The notes beneath the pieces are model-generated. The model searched no databases and had not been told where the DNA came from. It was given only the letters and a program-made list of their open reading frames with translations. Shown in pieces: positions 1 through 12,329 of a stretch of 50,285 nt of DNA. The position numbers were made by a program, and so were the translations under genes. Within the stretch, counting starts at the first letter, position 1. Each line of letters begins with the position of its first letter. Source of the stretch: Octopus bimaculoides (taxonomy: Eukaryota); assembly GCF_001194135.2 (NCBI RefSeq), contig NC_068985.1, positions 89,470,876-89,521,160 on the forward strand, in the 5' to 3' direction.

Positions 1-60
<60 letters not shown>
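1..60. repeat. (TA)n/(TG)n compound microsatellite
   Basis: Directly visible dinucleotide runs. Confidence 0.95.
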
Positions 61-63
<3 letters not shown>

Positions 64-329
64 CTTACACACATATATAGAGTCAAGAGGAAGGAGTACG
101 TTTATTAAATAACTGCCTAGACGTACTCCTTCTTGTTGAATTTATTTATTCAATTTGAGAAGAAGTTGACATAACAGAGACGATATAAAACCAGGTTTTA
201 CTTTATCGCATCGCAGTCGAATGATGGTTTAAATGGCCAAAGGCATCAAAAACACAATATATTTACTTATGAATGCTGTATACATATAATACAGATACGT
301 ATACTTGCATGTATGTTTCTATGTGCCTC

Positions 330-400
<71 letters not shown>
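330..400. repeat. (CTAT)n microsatellite; second copy at about 896-969
   Basis: Directly visible. It produces the spurious YLSI-repeat ORFs 273..533 and 305..544. Confidence 0.95.
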
Positions 401-458
401 GTGTGTGTATGTGTGTGTATGTGTGTGTGTGAATACGTGTGTGTTTATACATACATGT

Positions 459-842
459 GGAGGCGCAATAGCCCAGTGGTTAGGACTCGCGGTCACAGGA
501 TCGCGGTTTCGATTCCCAGAGCGGGCGTTGTGAGTGTTTATTGAGCGACAACACCTCAAAGCACCACGAGGCTCCGGCAGGGGATGGTGGCGAACCATGC
601 TGTACTCTTTCACCACAACTTTCTATCACTCTTACTTCCTGTTTCACTTGTGCCTGTAATTTAAAGGGCCAGCCTTGCCACACTGTGTCACGCTGAATAT
701 CCTCGACAACTACGTTAATGGTACGCGTGTCTGTGGAATGCTCAGCCACTTGCACGTTAATTTCACAAGCAGGTTGTTCCGTTGATCGGATCAACTGGAT
801 CCCTCGACGTTGTAACCGTCGGAGTGCCAACAACAACAATAT
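459..842 (+). mobile_element. tRNA-derived SINE, family A, full length with (CAA)n tail
   Basis: tRNA-like head with A box TAGCCCAGTGG and B box GGTTTCGATTCC, (CAA)n tail, and TSD ATACATGT (451-458, 843-850). A closely similar copy lies on the opposite strand at 21978-22366. Confidence 0.9.
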
Positions 843-901
843 ATACATGTACGTGTAATTATATATGAATATATAAACTGTCACAGATAGATAGCTATCT
901 G

Positions 902-936
<35 letters not shown>

Positions 937-2366
937 GTATATCTATCCATCTATCTATCTATCTATCTACCTCTTATATATATATCTATGAGTGTGTGCG
1001 TGTGAATACGTGTGCGTTTATATACACATGTATGATGTGTAATTACATATCAGTGTGTAAACTGTCACATAATACTATGAAGCATTTTCTGAAGATCTGA
1101 CACATGCTATATAACCTCTGATTCTCAGATATAAACTCCGTTTTATTATCAGCACTGTCTCCTTCACATGTATCGGGAAACTGAACCGTGCACGCTTTAC
1201 ATACTGCCTCTACTAACTATGTCTCTAAGGTAAGAAAATTCAAGAAAATTCGCTGTATATTTCTCATTAAAGTATCATAAACCACTTCATGCAGGTTAAC
1301 ATGCCATTGTAGTGTTGACCAGTGTTTCTGTGTTACACATTATGCCATCTCATGCGTCAATGGAAATTTATCATACATTTTTATTGTGTAAAAATGATGC
1401 CAAAATTCTGTCTCTTGATGTGATATGATATGTTTTAACGTCAGGTTTTATATAAAACTTGAATATCAATTACATAAGTTATATGTGAATTCACTAATCG
1501 AATTACAAACCAGCAAAACCTAAAGCAATGGAACTGTCATTCCAATAACTGGATATGTAAAAAGAATGTTATCAGTTTAAATTATACTGGAATGCAATTT
1601 CTTTGTGTAAATTGACAACGATGTCATAGCTCCGCGTACCGTTTTATACGTTCTTTTCTCATTGGATTGTTTTCCTTCCTGTATTAAAAGTAATCTACGT
1701 GAAAATATTTTACTCCTCATAGACTAACTGCGTTTGCCTCTTTCACATTTTTTTTTTATCTTTCGGGATTTTCATTATGGATGCTATGCATCTTCTGTGA
1801 TTACGTGCGAGGTATTTATTATCAAACCGATATTTTCTATACTTAGCTGCAGAATATCATATTTCGGATTTTACCTATGGTTCATTACTTCATTTCTTTC
1901 AATGAAATATTTTCAGAGATTCGGAGTGATATAAGTGATCTGCAAAGTATGCATTAGATCAGAAAGTTCCATGACGGATGTTGAGGACTTCCAACATGTT
2001 TCCTTTAACATCATTGGCGTTTCAGTGATGGAACATTCAAACATCTTAGGAGAAGTAATCGCCAAATCAATGAAAAGGGGAACTTTTGTTATATACATAC
2101 CCACAAATACACACACGCCCACACATGCACCCACATAAACACACATACACATATATACATCAATCATTGAGCACCATATAAAATTACGATTTAATAACTA
2201 TTTCTTGCTTCGGAGTCGTGAGTCCAGGCAAGTTTTTATTAGAAGCCTTATGTCTCGCAGCAAGAACATTTATCTTTATACAATAAAAATTTATGATATG
2301 TCTCTCACTGGATGCAGTACCTTTGTATTGATCTTACCTTAACTGAATAGTGGACTCTAGACATAC

Positions 2367-2443
2367 ATATGTGTGTGAGGTGTGTGTGTGTGTGTGCGTG
2401 TGTGTGTGTGTGTACATGTGTGTGAATGTGCGTGTGGAAGAAC

Positions 2444-2510
<67 letters not shown>
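2367..2510. repeat. (TG)n/(TA)n compound microsatellite
   Basis: Directly visible. Confidence 0.95.
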
Positions 2511-2513
<3 letters not shown>

Positions 2514-4062
2514 TTAGGGAAAATAACTAATTTTCAAGAACTCATCGATGAAAATCCACTATCACATATAGAAAAATTAATAATTAAAAGCACAATAAAT
2601 GAGTATAATATAAATAAAGTAAATATCATAAGATATATATACACATACGTGTGTGTGTGTGTGTATGTGTGTTCGTGCGCTTGCATGCAAAATGGAGGAT
2701 ATCATATAATGGAGGAGAGCATGGATAATCGAGGAGTTATGACGAAAAACAAAAAGGGTTTAAATTTATTAGAAGTACTTCGAAATGTGAATGCTCATCC
2801 AGATGAAGAGATTAGGGTAATCTTTCTGAATTTAATTGGTCTTCAGGTTCATAACACGGTCTGTAATATTTTCCCACATGACCAGAATATTCCCTAACAT
2901 TCCCCAAATGGGCAAATCTATCGTTTGTGTGTATTCTGCAATTTTCCGTACGCTAGTGATGTATATACTATCTTCAACAACACACATACTTGGCTTTTAC
3001 TATATTCGTCTATGATTGACCGCGGCCAACATAGCAATTACAGAAGCATAACTGAGGAATTAACGTCTACAAATCCACCAACAGCTACTTACGATTGGTT
3101 GTCAACATTGTTTATCTAGTTTATCAAAAGCAACAAATATCCGCAACAGTTATATAAAAACTTGGAATTTAATGATTGCCCATAAACCGTAATGAATATA
3201 TTTTAAGACAGGTACGTATAATCTCAAAGACATTATATTTAAGAGGCTTTTACGATTAAATTGAAATGTCGAAAAAGTGCTATCACATTTAATTCGGGCA
3301 GTCTCTTCTTATCTACATCTATTTCGTCTCGAATGTGACATTAAGTATCAAATGTTATTGTATTCAACAAAGATTATATGCCGTTAGTATGTGGATACTT
3401 TCAATCAAAATAACTATATTTGATTATATGATATGGCAAAAATATTTTATTACGATCGTAGAGAAATTCAGGTTGCAATTTTTTTGTGAATAAGATCTGC
3501 TCAACATCAGTTATCTTATTTAAGCGCAGTTATCTTATTTAGAAATGTTCTAAAATCTTCAGAGCGTTGTTTTTTTAATCTCATTCTGAATATATATATA
3601 TACATATATAAACTATATGATTGTGTGTGTGTGACTGTAGGCATGCAATCTATTTTATGAGTTGTGATACTAATTTTGTAAGCATGTTGTAATATGTCTA
3701 CTATATATATATATATGTGTGTGAGTGCGTGTATATATAGATATGTATGTATGTATAAATGTATGTAAGTATGTATGTATGTATGTAAGTGCTTAAGAAC
3801 ATCAGTATGCTATATTTCTACAATTTGTAAAAACAAAAATAATGTCTCACAGAAGAAGAATTGCTGATAGATATCAACCTGCTCTCCAAGAGAATAGACT
3901 GTTTCATAAAGAAATGAAAACTCTTAGGGTCAACTCCGTTACAAAAGAATTCTGTTTCGACTGATATTCTAGGGGCTGAATTTTTCAGCGTTAAGTTGTT
4001 TGATCAGTTAGAAAAACTCAATGAAACCACTCTTAAGGTTTGAATGTAAGATATAAATAAGT

Positions 4063-4590
4063 AAATGGCATAAAAAAATAAATAGTATGATGGGGCTTCA
4101 TTATTGGGGTCGACTTAAACAGCTGAAGCTGTATTCTCATCAACGCCGCATGAGCGATACGTTATTTGCACAATGTGGAAAATATTCCACCAATATTGTC
4201 CAAGTGATATCGGTATAATGTTTAGAATTAGCCCAAGACTACCCTCCCCCAGTCCCGTGCAATGTGTCCACTACAGAGGTCCATATCACATCATATAAGA
4301 ACTATGCGACACAATTTCTTCTCTCGAAAACGGTTCTGCATTTTTCAATGTTATTCCGAAAGAAATTAAAGTAGAAAATGAACCCACAACTTTCAAACGG
4401 TACCTGGAAAAATTCCTCCAGCAAATACTGGATAAGCCACCTACATGTAGATAATCTCACCCAACAACAACTCTCTCCTTGAGTGCTCCATGGTCTCCCG
4501 AAATAATTAACTAAAAGACTTGTTCAGGTGGTGCTATTGCTGTAGTCATGGCCTGGGCTGATAATGATCGAAACTAAACTAATCTATCTA
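4063..4590 (+). mobile_element. 3' end of a CR1-like LINE (ORF2 C-terminus and 3' UTR), 5'-truncated and decayed
   Basis: Manual translation with frameshifts gives MGLHYWGRLKQLKLYSHQRR/ERYVICTMWKIF...FNVIPKEIK...FKRYLEKFLQQILDKPP. This fits the CR1-clade pattern Y.ERL..L.LYSL.RRRERY...FN.LP..I...FK..LDKFL..IPD.P. A short (CTAAA/CTAAT)-like tail follows. Confidence 0.8.
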
Positions 4591-4909
4591 AGTTATATAT
4601 TCGTGTACTTAATACTAAAGTTTACCTAACTGGAGCAATTGACAATTAAATGGCTGCCAATAAAATGTTAGTATTAGTGTCAAATAGTACTATTTTGAAA
4701 GCATAGACTAAAGACTGCGAAAATAGTGGATATTGTCAACTTAGTGACTTATACATATTTAACTAAATCATACTTCAAAGCAACAATAAAATAAAAAGAA
4801 AGCTAATTTCCTTTTCTTACTGGTTCGATTTTTGAAATCAATGGAATAAATTAGAAATCATTTCAATTCAAATGTAATGCATCATTTCAGAAATCGTTTA
4901 CACGTATAA

Positions 4910-4946
<37 letters not shown>

Positions 4947-5649
4947 NNNNNNNNNNNNNNNNNNNNNNNNNNNNNNNNNNNNNNNNNNNNNNNNNNNNNN
5001 NNNNNNNNNNNNNNNNNNNNNNNNNNNNNNNNNNNNNNNNNNNNNNNNNNNNNNNNNNNNNNNNNNNNNNNNNNNNNNNNNNNNNNNNNNNNNNNNNNNN
5101 NNNNNNNNNNNNNNNNNNNNNNNNNNNNNNNNNNNNNNNNNNNNNNNNNNNNNNNNNNNNNNNNNNNNNNNNNNNNNNNNNNNNNNNNNNNNNNNNNNNN
5201 NNNNNNNNNNNNNNNNNNNNNNNNNNNNNNNNNNNNNNNNNNNNNNNNNNNNNNNNNNNNNNNNNNNNNNNNNNNNNNNNNNNNNNNNNNNNNNNNNNNN
5301 NNNNNNNNNNNNNNNNNNNNNNNNNNNNNNNNNNNNNNNNNNNNNNNNNNNNNNNNNNNNNNNNNNNNNNNNNNNNNNNNNNNNNNNNNNNNNNNNNNNN
5401 NNNNNNNNNNNNNNNNNNNNNNNNNNNNNNNNNNNNNNNNNNNNNNNNNNNNNNNNNNNNNNNNNNNNNNNNNNNNNNNNNNNNNNNNNNNNNNNNNNNN
5501 NNNNNNNNNNNNNNNNNNNNNNNNNNNNNNNNNNNNNNNNNNNNNNNNNNNNNNNNNNNNNNNNNNNNNNNNNNNNNNNNNNNNNNNNNNNNNNNNNNNN
5601 NNNNNNNNNNNNNNNNNNNNNNNNNNNNNNNNNNNNNNNNNNNNNNNNT
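4947..5649. other. Assembly gap (N-run). Other gaps: 6383-6808, 7563-7770, 9198-9869, 14775-15450, 24020-24430, 27621-28044, 29036-29470, 33142-33477, 34855-34864, 35682-36244, 40008-40234, 44356-44650, 47814-48393
   Basis: N runs, mostly bordered by (TA)n, (CA)n, (CT)n, (ATT)n or (GATA)n. All long X-containing ORFs in the track are artefacts of these gaps. Confidence 0.99.
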
Positions 5650-7460
5650 ATATATATATATATATTCATCCATCTTCATATATGCAGAGCTAGTGAGATA
5701 GATAGGCACGGCGTTTGGTAGATAGTAAACCAGAGAGAAAGTGAGAGATATAGGTAAACATGAATATATTATTTTCAGTGTTTTAATGTTATTATGTTCA
5801 TATAGTTTTATAAATAAAAAAAAATCTGCAATATATATATGAATATAAATATATAATAACTTGAACACAAAACACGAAAACAACATAGAAAGTAAGAGAC
5901 GACCATATTCAGAAGGAAAAGAATAGAATTTAGATGAATGCCATCACGCTTATCAACAGTACGCAAATAGAAATATCTTGAATTTATATTCAAAGAACCA
6001 TTCGTATTTGAATAAGATCAGACTTTAGCAAGAGAAAAAGAAAGACAAAGTAACTGTGATATTGAGATAACAGAGAGACTTAGTGAATGTTTATGTTTGT
6101 TTAAAGAGGAGGGTAGTTATTTCTGTTCATCTGCGTGCGTGATGGTGGTGGCGTTCGCTATTGTTATTTAAAAGACAAGATATAGAACTAGAGTGATAGA
6201 CGAAGGAGATGCGTTCAGAACTTTTGACGAAATGATATAGAGAAACAGAAGGGGGACAGAAAAAATACACAAAGAAAGAAAGGGAGAGAAAAAGAGATTG
6301 TAAAACAGTGATAAAATTATAATCTCTGATAGTACTGATACATTAGATGTTGGCAGCGATATATATAAATATAAATATATATNNNNNNNNNNNNNNNNNN
6401 NNNNNNNNNNNNNNNNNNNNNNNNNNNNNNNNNNNNNNNNNNNNNNNNNNNNNNNNNNNNNNNNNNNNNNNNNNNNNNNNNNNNNNNNNNNNNNNNNNNN
6501 NNNNNNNNNNNNNNNNNNNNNNNNNNNNNNNNNNNNNNNNNNNNNNNNNNNNNNNNNNNNNNNNNNNNNNNNNNNNNNNNNNNNNNNNNNNNNNNNNNNN
6601 NNNNNNNNNNNNNNNNNNNNNNNNNNNNNNNNNNNNNNNNNNNNNNNNNNNNNNNNNNNNNNNNNNNNNNNNNNNNNNNNNNNNNNNNNNNNNNNNNNNN
6701 NNNNNNNNNNNNNNNNNNNNNNNNNNNNNNNNNNNNNNNNNNNNNNNNNNNNNNNNNNNNNNNNNNNNNNNNNNNNNNNNNNNNNNNNNNNNNNNNNNNN
6801 NNNNNNNNATATATATATATATATATATATATAGACATACCCACAGATGTAGCTAACAACGCAATAAAATGTAGAGAAGAGAAAAACAATTATTTTCAAA
6901 ATCCTTTGCGCACACACACACACACACACACACACGTACACAGAGGTAGAAACACATATACGCTCACAAACACACACTCCTCCCCCCCACAAATACAAAT
7001 ACACACCCACACACACGTGCACGCACTCACAGATGTATATTTATCTATATATGTATATAAAGCTAATATCGCAAGATAAAAAGAACAAAACCTGAAATAG
7101 TTTGAAAGGTGTCTTTGTACAGTTTCTGTTAGCCCTTTCAGGTTCAGATATACTACAACAGAGCTAAAGGACCGTAATATATATGTTCAAGATTTCTTTA
7201 TTTAATTTGTAATTTTTGACATTACGTTATCTACCTTTTGTACTTCGCTGTAATGTATTATCGGCCGCAATCAATAACAGCATTACTATGAGATTCTCAC
7301 AATCATACGTTTCGTGTGTACAATCGATCTGTGTTGATAGCTGGTTATGGCTTGCTACGCCTTATCGCTTTGCCATTTTCCCCTTACAATGATGTTTTGT
7401 TTTTTTCGTAATAATGTTTCGAATATTTCTATTCAATGAATTAGTGTACACAGACACGTG

Positions 7461-7507
<47 letters not shown>

Positions 7508-7520
7508 ATATATAAATAAA

Positions 7521-7562
<42 letters not shown>

Positions 7563-7771
7563 NNNNNNNNNNNNNNNNNNNNNNNNNNNNNNNNNNNNNN
7601 NNNNNNNNNNNNNNNNNNNNNNNNNNNNNNNNNNNNNNNNNNNNNNNNNNNNNNNNNNNNNNNNNNNNNNNNNNNNNNNNNNNNNNNNNNNNNNNNNNNN
7701 NNNNNNNNNNNNNNNNNNNNNNNNNNNNNNNNNNNNNNNNNNNNNNNNNNNNNNNNNNNNNNNNNNNNNNN

Positions 7772-7802
<31 letters not shown>

Positions 7803-8287
7803 CATATAGAAACTCACACACACAAACACACCTATACACCCATACACACACCCGCACACATGTACACACACACACCCGACGCACACGCAGAGACACATAT
7901 ATATATATATATTATATATACGCACATACATACATACTTCTACTCTGCAGAGTTTTCAGATCGTTAAAGAGAGGCAATACTGTGGTATTGCCTCCAACTA
8001 TTTAACCGATAATATACAACCTCAGTATTTACTTCAAATATTGATACTAATATTTGGTGAATTTTCTGGAAAAGTTAATGGAAAATACTTTTGACTCGCC
8101 TTTACACTATGACAACAAGAAATCCACTAATTCATTAATTATGTTATCGCTGTTGTGATTCAAGTTATTACACTCCTGTTTTTACTAGTTACATGCAATT
8201 TTTGAGATTGACAAGACAAAAAACACAGAATAAGTCGAACTAACATCCTCGCTAAGCAATTGGGAAGACAAACATACTTTCTAATCT

Positions 8288-8478
8288 AGGCAGAAGGCCC
8301 GAAATTTGAGGGGAGTGGACCGATCGATTAGATCAACCACATTATACAGCTGGTACTTAATTTATCGACTCCGAAATGATGAAAGGCAAAGTCGATATTG
8401 GCGGAATTTGAACTCAGAACGTAAATACCGCTAAGTATTTGGCCCGGCGTGCTAAGCTTTCTGTCATCTCACTGCCTT
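8288..8478 (-). mobile_element. tRNA-derived SINE, family C
   Basis: Contains GATGAAAGGCAAAGTCGA..GGCGGAATTTGAACTCAGAACGTAA..ACCGCTAAG, the reverse complement of the copies at 12109 and 37980 (B box GAGTTCAAATTCC). Confidence 0.88.
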
Positions 8479-8722
8479 GGGAAGAAAAAATATTAACATT
8501 CGTACCTCTACGTTTGCTTAAGCTAGGTCTCATAGTGCAGAATTCTAAAAGAAATATCTCAATGGGTGACATTTACTGTAAAATTCCATGTTTATTGGTG
8601 TAGGCTTGAATTAAACTACACTGGCAAAATCTCCATCTCTCAGGCAAAAGTCTTCAGGATTATTATAATGCGCTTATCAATGAATGTGCGTGAATTCACG
8701 ATACAAATAGACTTTTCTATTA

Positions 8723-8897
8723 ACGGCGCAAAGGCTGGAATTTTAGGCGTAATTCGAGTACATGGACTCGAGTGGGCAACTGGTACTTATTTTGACTCCC
8801 AAAATGATTCGACTCCGGCGTAATTTCAAATGAAAATGGAAAGACAGACGAAATGTCACTAATCATTCTACAAAATATTCCGCTAGCTCACTGACTT
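8723..8897 (-). mobile_element. Degenerate family C SINE
   Basis: AACTGGTACTTATTT...CGACTCCGGCGTAATTTCAA...AAAGACAGACGAAATG aligns loosely with the 8288 copy. Confidence 0.55.
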
Positions 8898-11800
8898 ACA
8901 TGATAGAATTAATGTTAGTAATCATTGTTTCTCAGCATTTGTTTACGTATAATTGCAACATAACCATCAATCATCAAAATCGATTAGTTAGGAACAATTA
9001 GTGATTGAAACGCAAGCTATGAAATGGGGCTGCAATTTCTAAAACGTTTGTCATCATGCCGCGTAGCCTAATGTGACTGTTAAAGCATTGGAACCTCTTC
9101 TGTGCAGGAAAGGTTAGCCGGGCGGATATCTGAGTCAAAATGTGTCCCCATATTGAGACACGAATATATATATTTATATATGTATATATATATATATNNN
9201 NNNNNNNNNNNNNNNNNNNNNNNNNNNNNNNNNNNNNNNNNNNNNNNNNNNNNNNNNNNNNNNNNNNNNNNNNNNNNNNNNNNNNNNNNNNNNNNNNNNN
9301 NNNNNNNNNNNNNNNNNNNNNNNNNNNNNNNNNNNNNNNNNNNNNNNNNNNNNNNNNNNNNNNNNNNNNNNNNNNNNNNNNNNNNNNNNNNNNNNNNNNN
9401 NNNNNNNNNNNNNNNNNNNNNNNNNNNNNNNNNNNNNNNNNNNNNNNNNNNNNNNNNNNNNNNNNNNNNNNNNNNNNNNNNNNNNNNNNNNNNNNNNNNN
9501 NNNNNNNNNNNNNNNNNNNNNNNNNNNNNNNNNNNNNNNNNNNNNNNNNNNNNNNNNNNNNNNNNNNNNNNNNNNNNNNNNNNNNNNNNNNNNNNNNNNN
9601 NNNNNNNNNNNNNNNNNNNNNNNNNNNNNNNNNNNNNNNNNNNNNNNNNNNNNNNNNNNNNNNNNNNNNNNNNNNNNNNNNNNNNNNNNNNNNNNNNNNN
9701 NNNNNNNNNNNNNNNNNNNNNNNNNNNNNNNNNNNNNNNNNNNNNNNNNNNNNNNNNNNNNNNNNNNNNNNNNNNNNNNNNNNNNNNNNNNNNNNNNNNN
9801 NNNNNNNNNNNNNNNNNNNNNNNNNNNNNNNNNNNNNNNNNNNNNNNNNNNNNNNNNNNNNNNNNNNNNATATATATATATATATATACACTGTAAGTAA
9901 AGCAGACCAGACAATGTTGAATGGATAGGGTGCAAGACACAGGTGCTGTAATAGCAATCTGATTTACGGTGTATGAGATTAACATGCGAAGATTTCGAGT
10001 AAAGTAAATCATCTCTGGAAAGATAATGAAAAACCTACATTCCTTACGTTCAGTTGATAGGTTCTTATTCCTGTTATCATAGGTTCATTTGGATACGTAT
10101 ATTTATATTGCGATATTTGGGACAGTTGCTGATTATACAAGAATTATTGTCCACTCTCATGGTATATGTAATGTCATCGATGTGTAGACATGTGATGCGT
10201 TAAAATGTCTGTTTACTGCTTATGAAACACCTCAGCAGTTGTTGTCCAAGAGACATGAGGTTGGCGTCACTCTCTATCCGAATGATCTTATTCCAATGCC
10301 TCCAACAAACGTTCAAGCAGTCTCACAGTTTATACGGCGATGCTTGTTAATATCTTTGCAGATCTGAAGTGGCTTTCTTCCATTTTCCACTGAAGAATAC
10401 AAAATGTTGGTACCTGTTCTGAACTTCGGATGTATTGCAGTAGATTGGTTACATAAATCTATGATATACTTCCTCTCTGATATCTGCTGAAATATTTTAC
10501 CAACCAACATTTCCACAAGACATCAATGCTCGCAGTATTCCCGTCTATTCAGTAATTTGAATAAGTATTTCCAGCATTTGTCACTGCTGTGACAAGAGGT
10601 AGACAGGCAAATATTAGCACTAGTATTTTCTTCGTTTACAATCTTTTATCGTCTGACAACCAAATATGCACATTTATTCTGTCGAACTCCATTCCTATGT
10701 TTAGCGAAGACATTGAAATCATTCAGACCCTCTATTTTTCTGATGGTCATTACAAAAGAACACATGACAGTCATCGATGAAAGTGTGTGGTTGAGCTTTT
10801 TCATTTCCTTAATAGGGTGGATAAAGTTATCACTGCTAAAAACAAAATATTTCTATAGAGTGTCACCTTGAAATAATCTTGCTGATGTCTGGTATGCCTG
10901 TTTACAATTTTGTATTTATATTTGTATGTATGTCATTATTCACTTTATTTCAAGATTTCTTGCCAATAGAGAAAGAATCGTTTTCTAACGTAGCTACACG
11001 GCACCTTCACTGGAATTTCAACATGAACATCAGGGTATTTTTGTTTGTTTGTATGTATGTATGTATGTATGTATGTATTATGTATGTATGTATGTGCAGA
11101 TTTGTATGTTTATGAATGTATTCTCATGCATATAGTTGCATATCTAGACACGCTCATATATATTTAAATGATAAACTTCTGGAAAGCTGTATGGATTTTA
11201 CAGTTCCAGTAATGGATTGGGTCTGTTGTCTTCGAATTAGTTTTCTCCTTTATGGTTTTCAGAAGACTAATTTCTCAAGATTGGTATTTAGGCAGTATGT
11301 TACATATCCCAGGACCCCAATAATCACAGTTATAAACCTGAGCTTGTCATCTGCATAGAGTAACTGCAGATTTCTCAATAGTTCAGCATACGTGATGTAT
11401 GTATGTATGTATGTATGTATGTATGTATGCAATCTTGGGTCTCTGAAATTACGTTTTGACATCGGGATTGTAGAAAATAGTTTGCTATAGATACATGGTA
11501 TAATTTTTGCAGTTTCAAATGCCTAGTATTTTAAATTCTGGATGTTTCTGCTTTTATTTAATTGAAAATATGTGAGTTATAGTTTGGAACAAGAAAATCA
11601 ACGGAATTCTTATTCGAAAAAATGAGTGATTCAAATTGTTATGTATTATTCTGTGATTCTCTATTTGGTTGAACTAGGACTTCTTGTTTGTCTTCCACAG
11701 TCCCAGATGCAGGAGCCTTATTCCATTGTTTCTATGAACAATGTTTGATGAGATTATGTAGATGTGTTTGATATATTTTCTGAACATAAATAAGGTAAGT

Positions 11801-12108
11801 CGTTACCGCTAGGACATATCGTTTTCAGTTTTTCCTTGTACTAATTTAAACAATGGCGTATTGTGTACTGACGAAGGCGTGTATTTTAATCATATTGCGT
11901 TCTTCCCTACAGAATTTTCATAAAATAATTACAATTTCCAATGCACAGTTACAGTGTTTTATACAGTGAAAGATATACTAGATCGACATGGTCCCCATGG
12001 TAGAATTTTTCGCTGACCCGCTTCTAACGCATGCATGTTGAATGAGGGTGATAATTAAGTGCGAAAATTTGGCGAGAAGAAATTTTAATATTATTATCCT
12101 ATCCTTGT

Positions 12109-12329
12109 AAGGTGGCGAGGTAGTAGAATCGTTAATACGCCATGAGATATGCTTAAGAGTATGTCGTCTGCCGCTACGTTCTGAGTTCAAATTCCACCGA
12201 GGTCGACTTGGCCTTTTATCTTTTTGGTTTCGAGGAAATAAGTACCAGTTACGCACTGAGGTCGATGCAATCGACTAGCCACCCCCCCTTCCCTCCCTTA
12301 ATTTCTAGGCCTTGTTGATAGAGTAGACA
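12109..12329 (+). mobile_element. tRNA-derived SINE, family C
   Basis: AAGGTGGCGAG...CTACGTTCTGAGTTCAAATTCCACCGAGGTCGAC...AATAAGTACCAGTT...GGTCGATGCAATCGACT. Many copies occur in the window. Confidence 0.9.

Noticed and set aside
459-535. tRNA-like sequences at SINE heads
   Set aside because: A and B boxes are present but there is no intact cloverleaf, and they continue into SINE bodies. Not tRNA genes.
2686-3119. Same + frame open for about 140 codons with one stop (ORFs 2382..2897 and 2925..3119)
   Set aside because: No recognisable motif or splice framework. Compatible with chance.
4555-4590. CTGATAA-TGATC-GAAAC at the CR1 3' end resembling a hammerhead core
   Set aside because: G8 is missing, and there is no stem II, stem III or cleavage triplet.
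9135-9172. CAAAATGTGTCCCCATATTGAGACACG resembling a Tc1-type terminal repeat
   Set aside because: No partner TIR visible (a gap follows) and no transposase nearby.
11330-11370. Minus-strand LLYADD, like an RT catalytic motif
   Set aside because: Surrounding sequence does not convincingly fit RT domains. An isolated short match can arise by chance.
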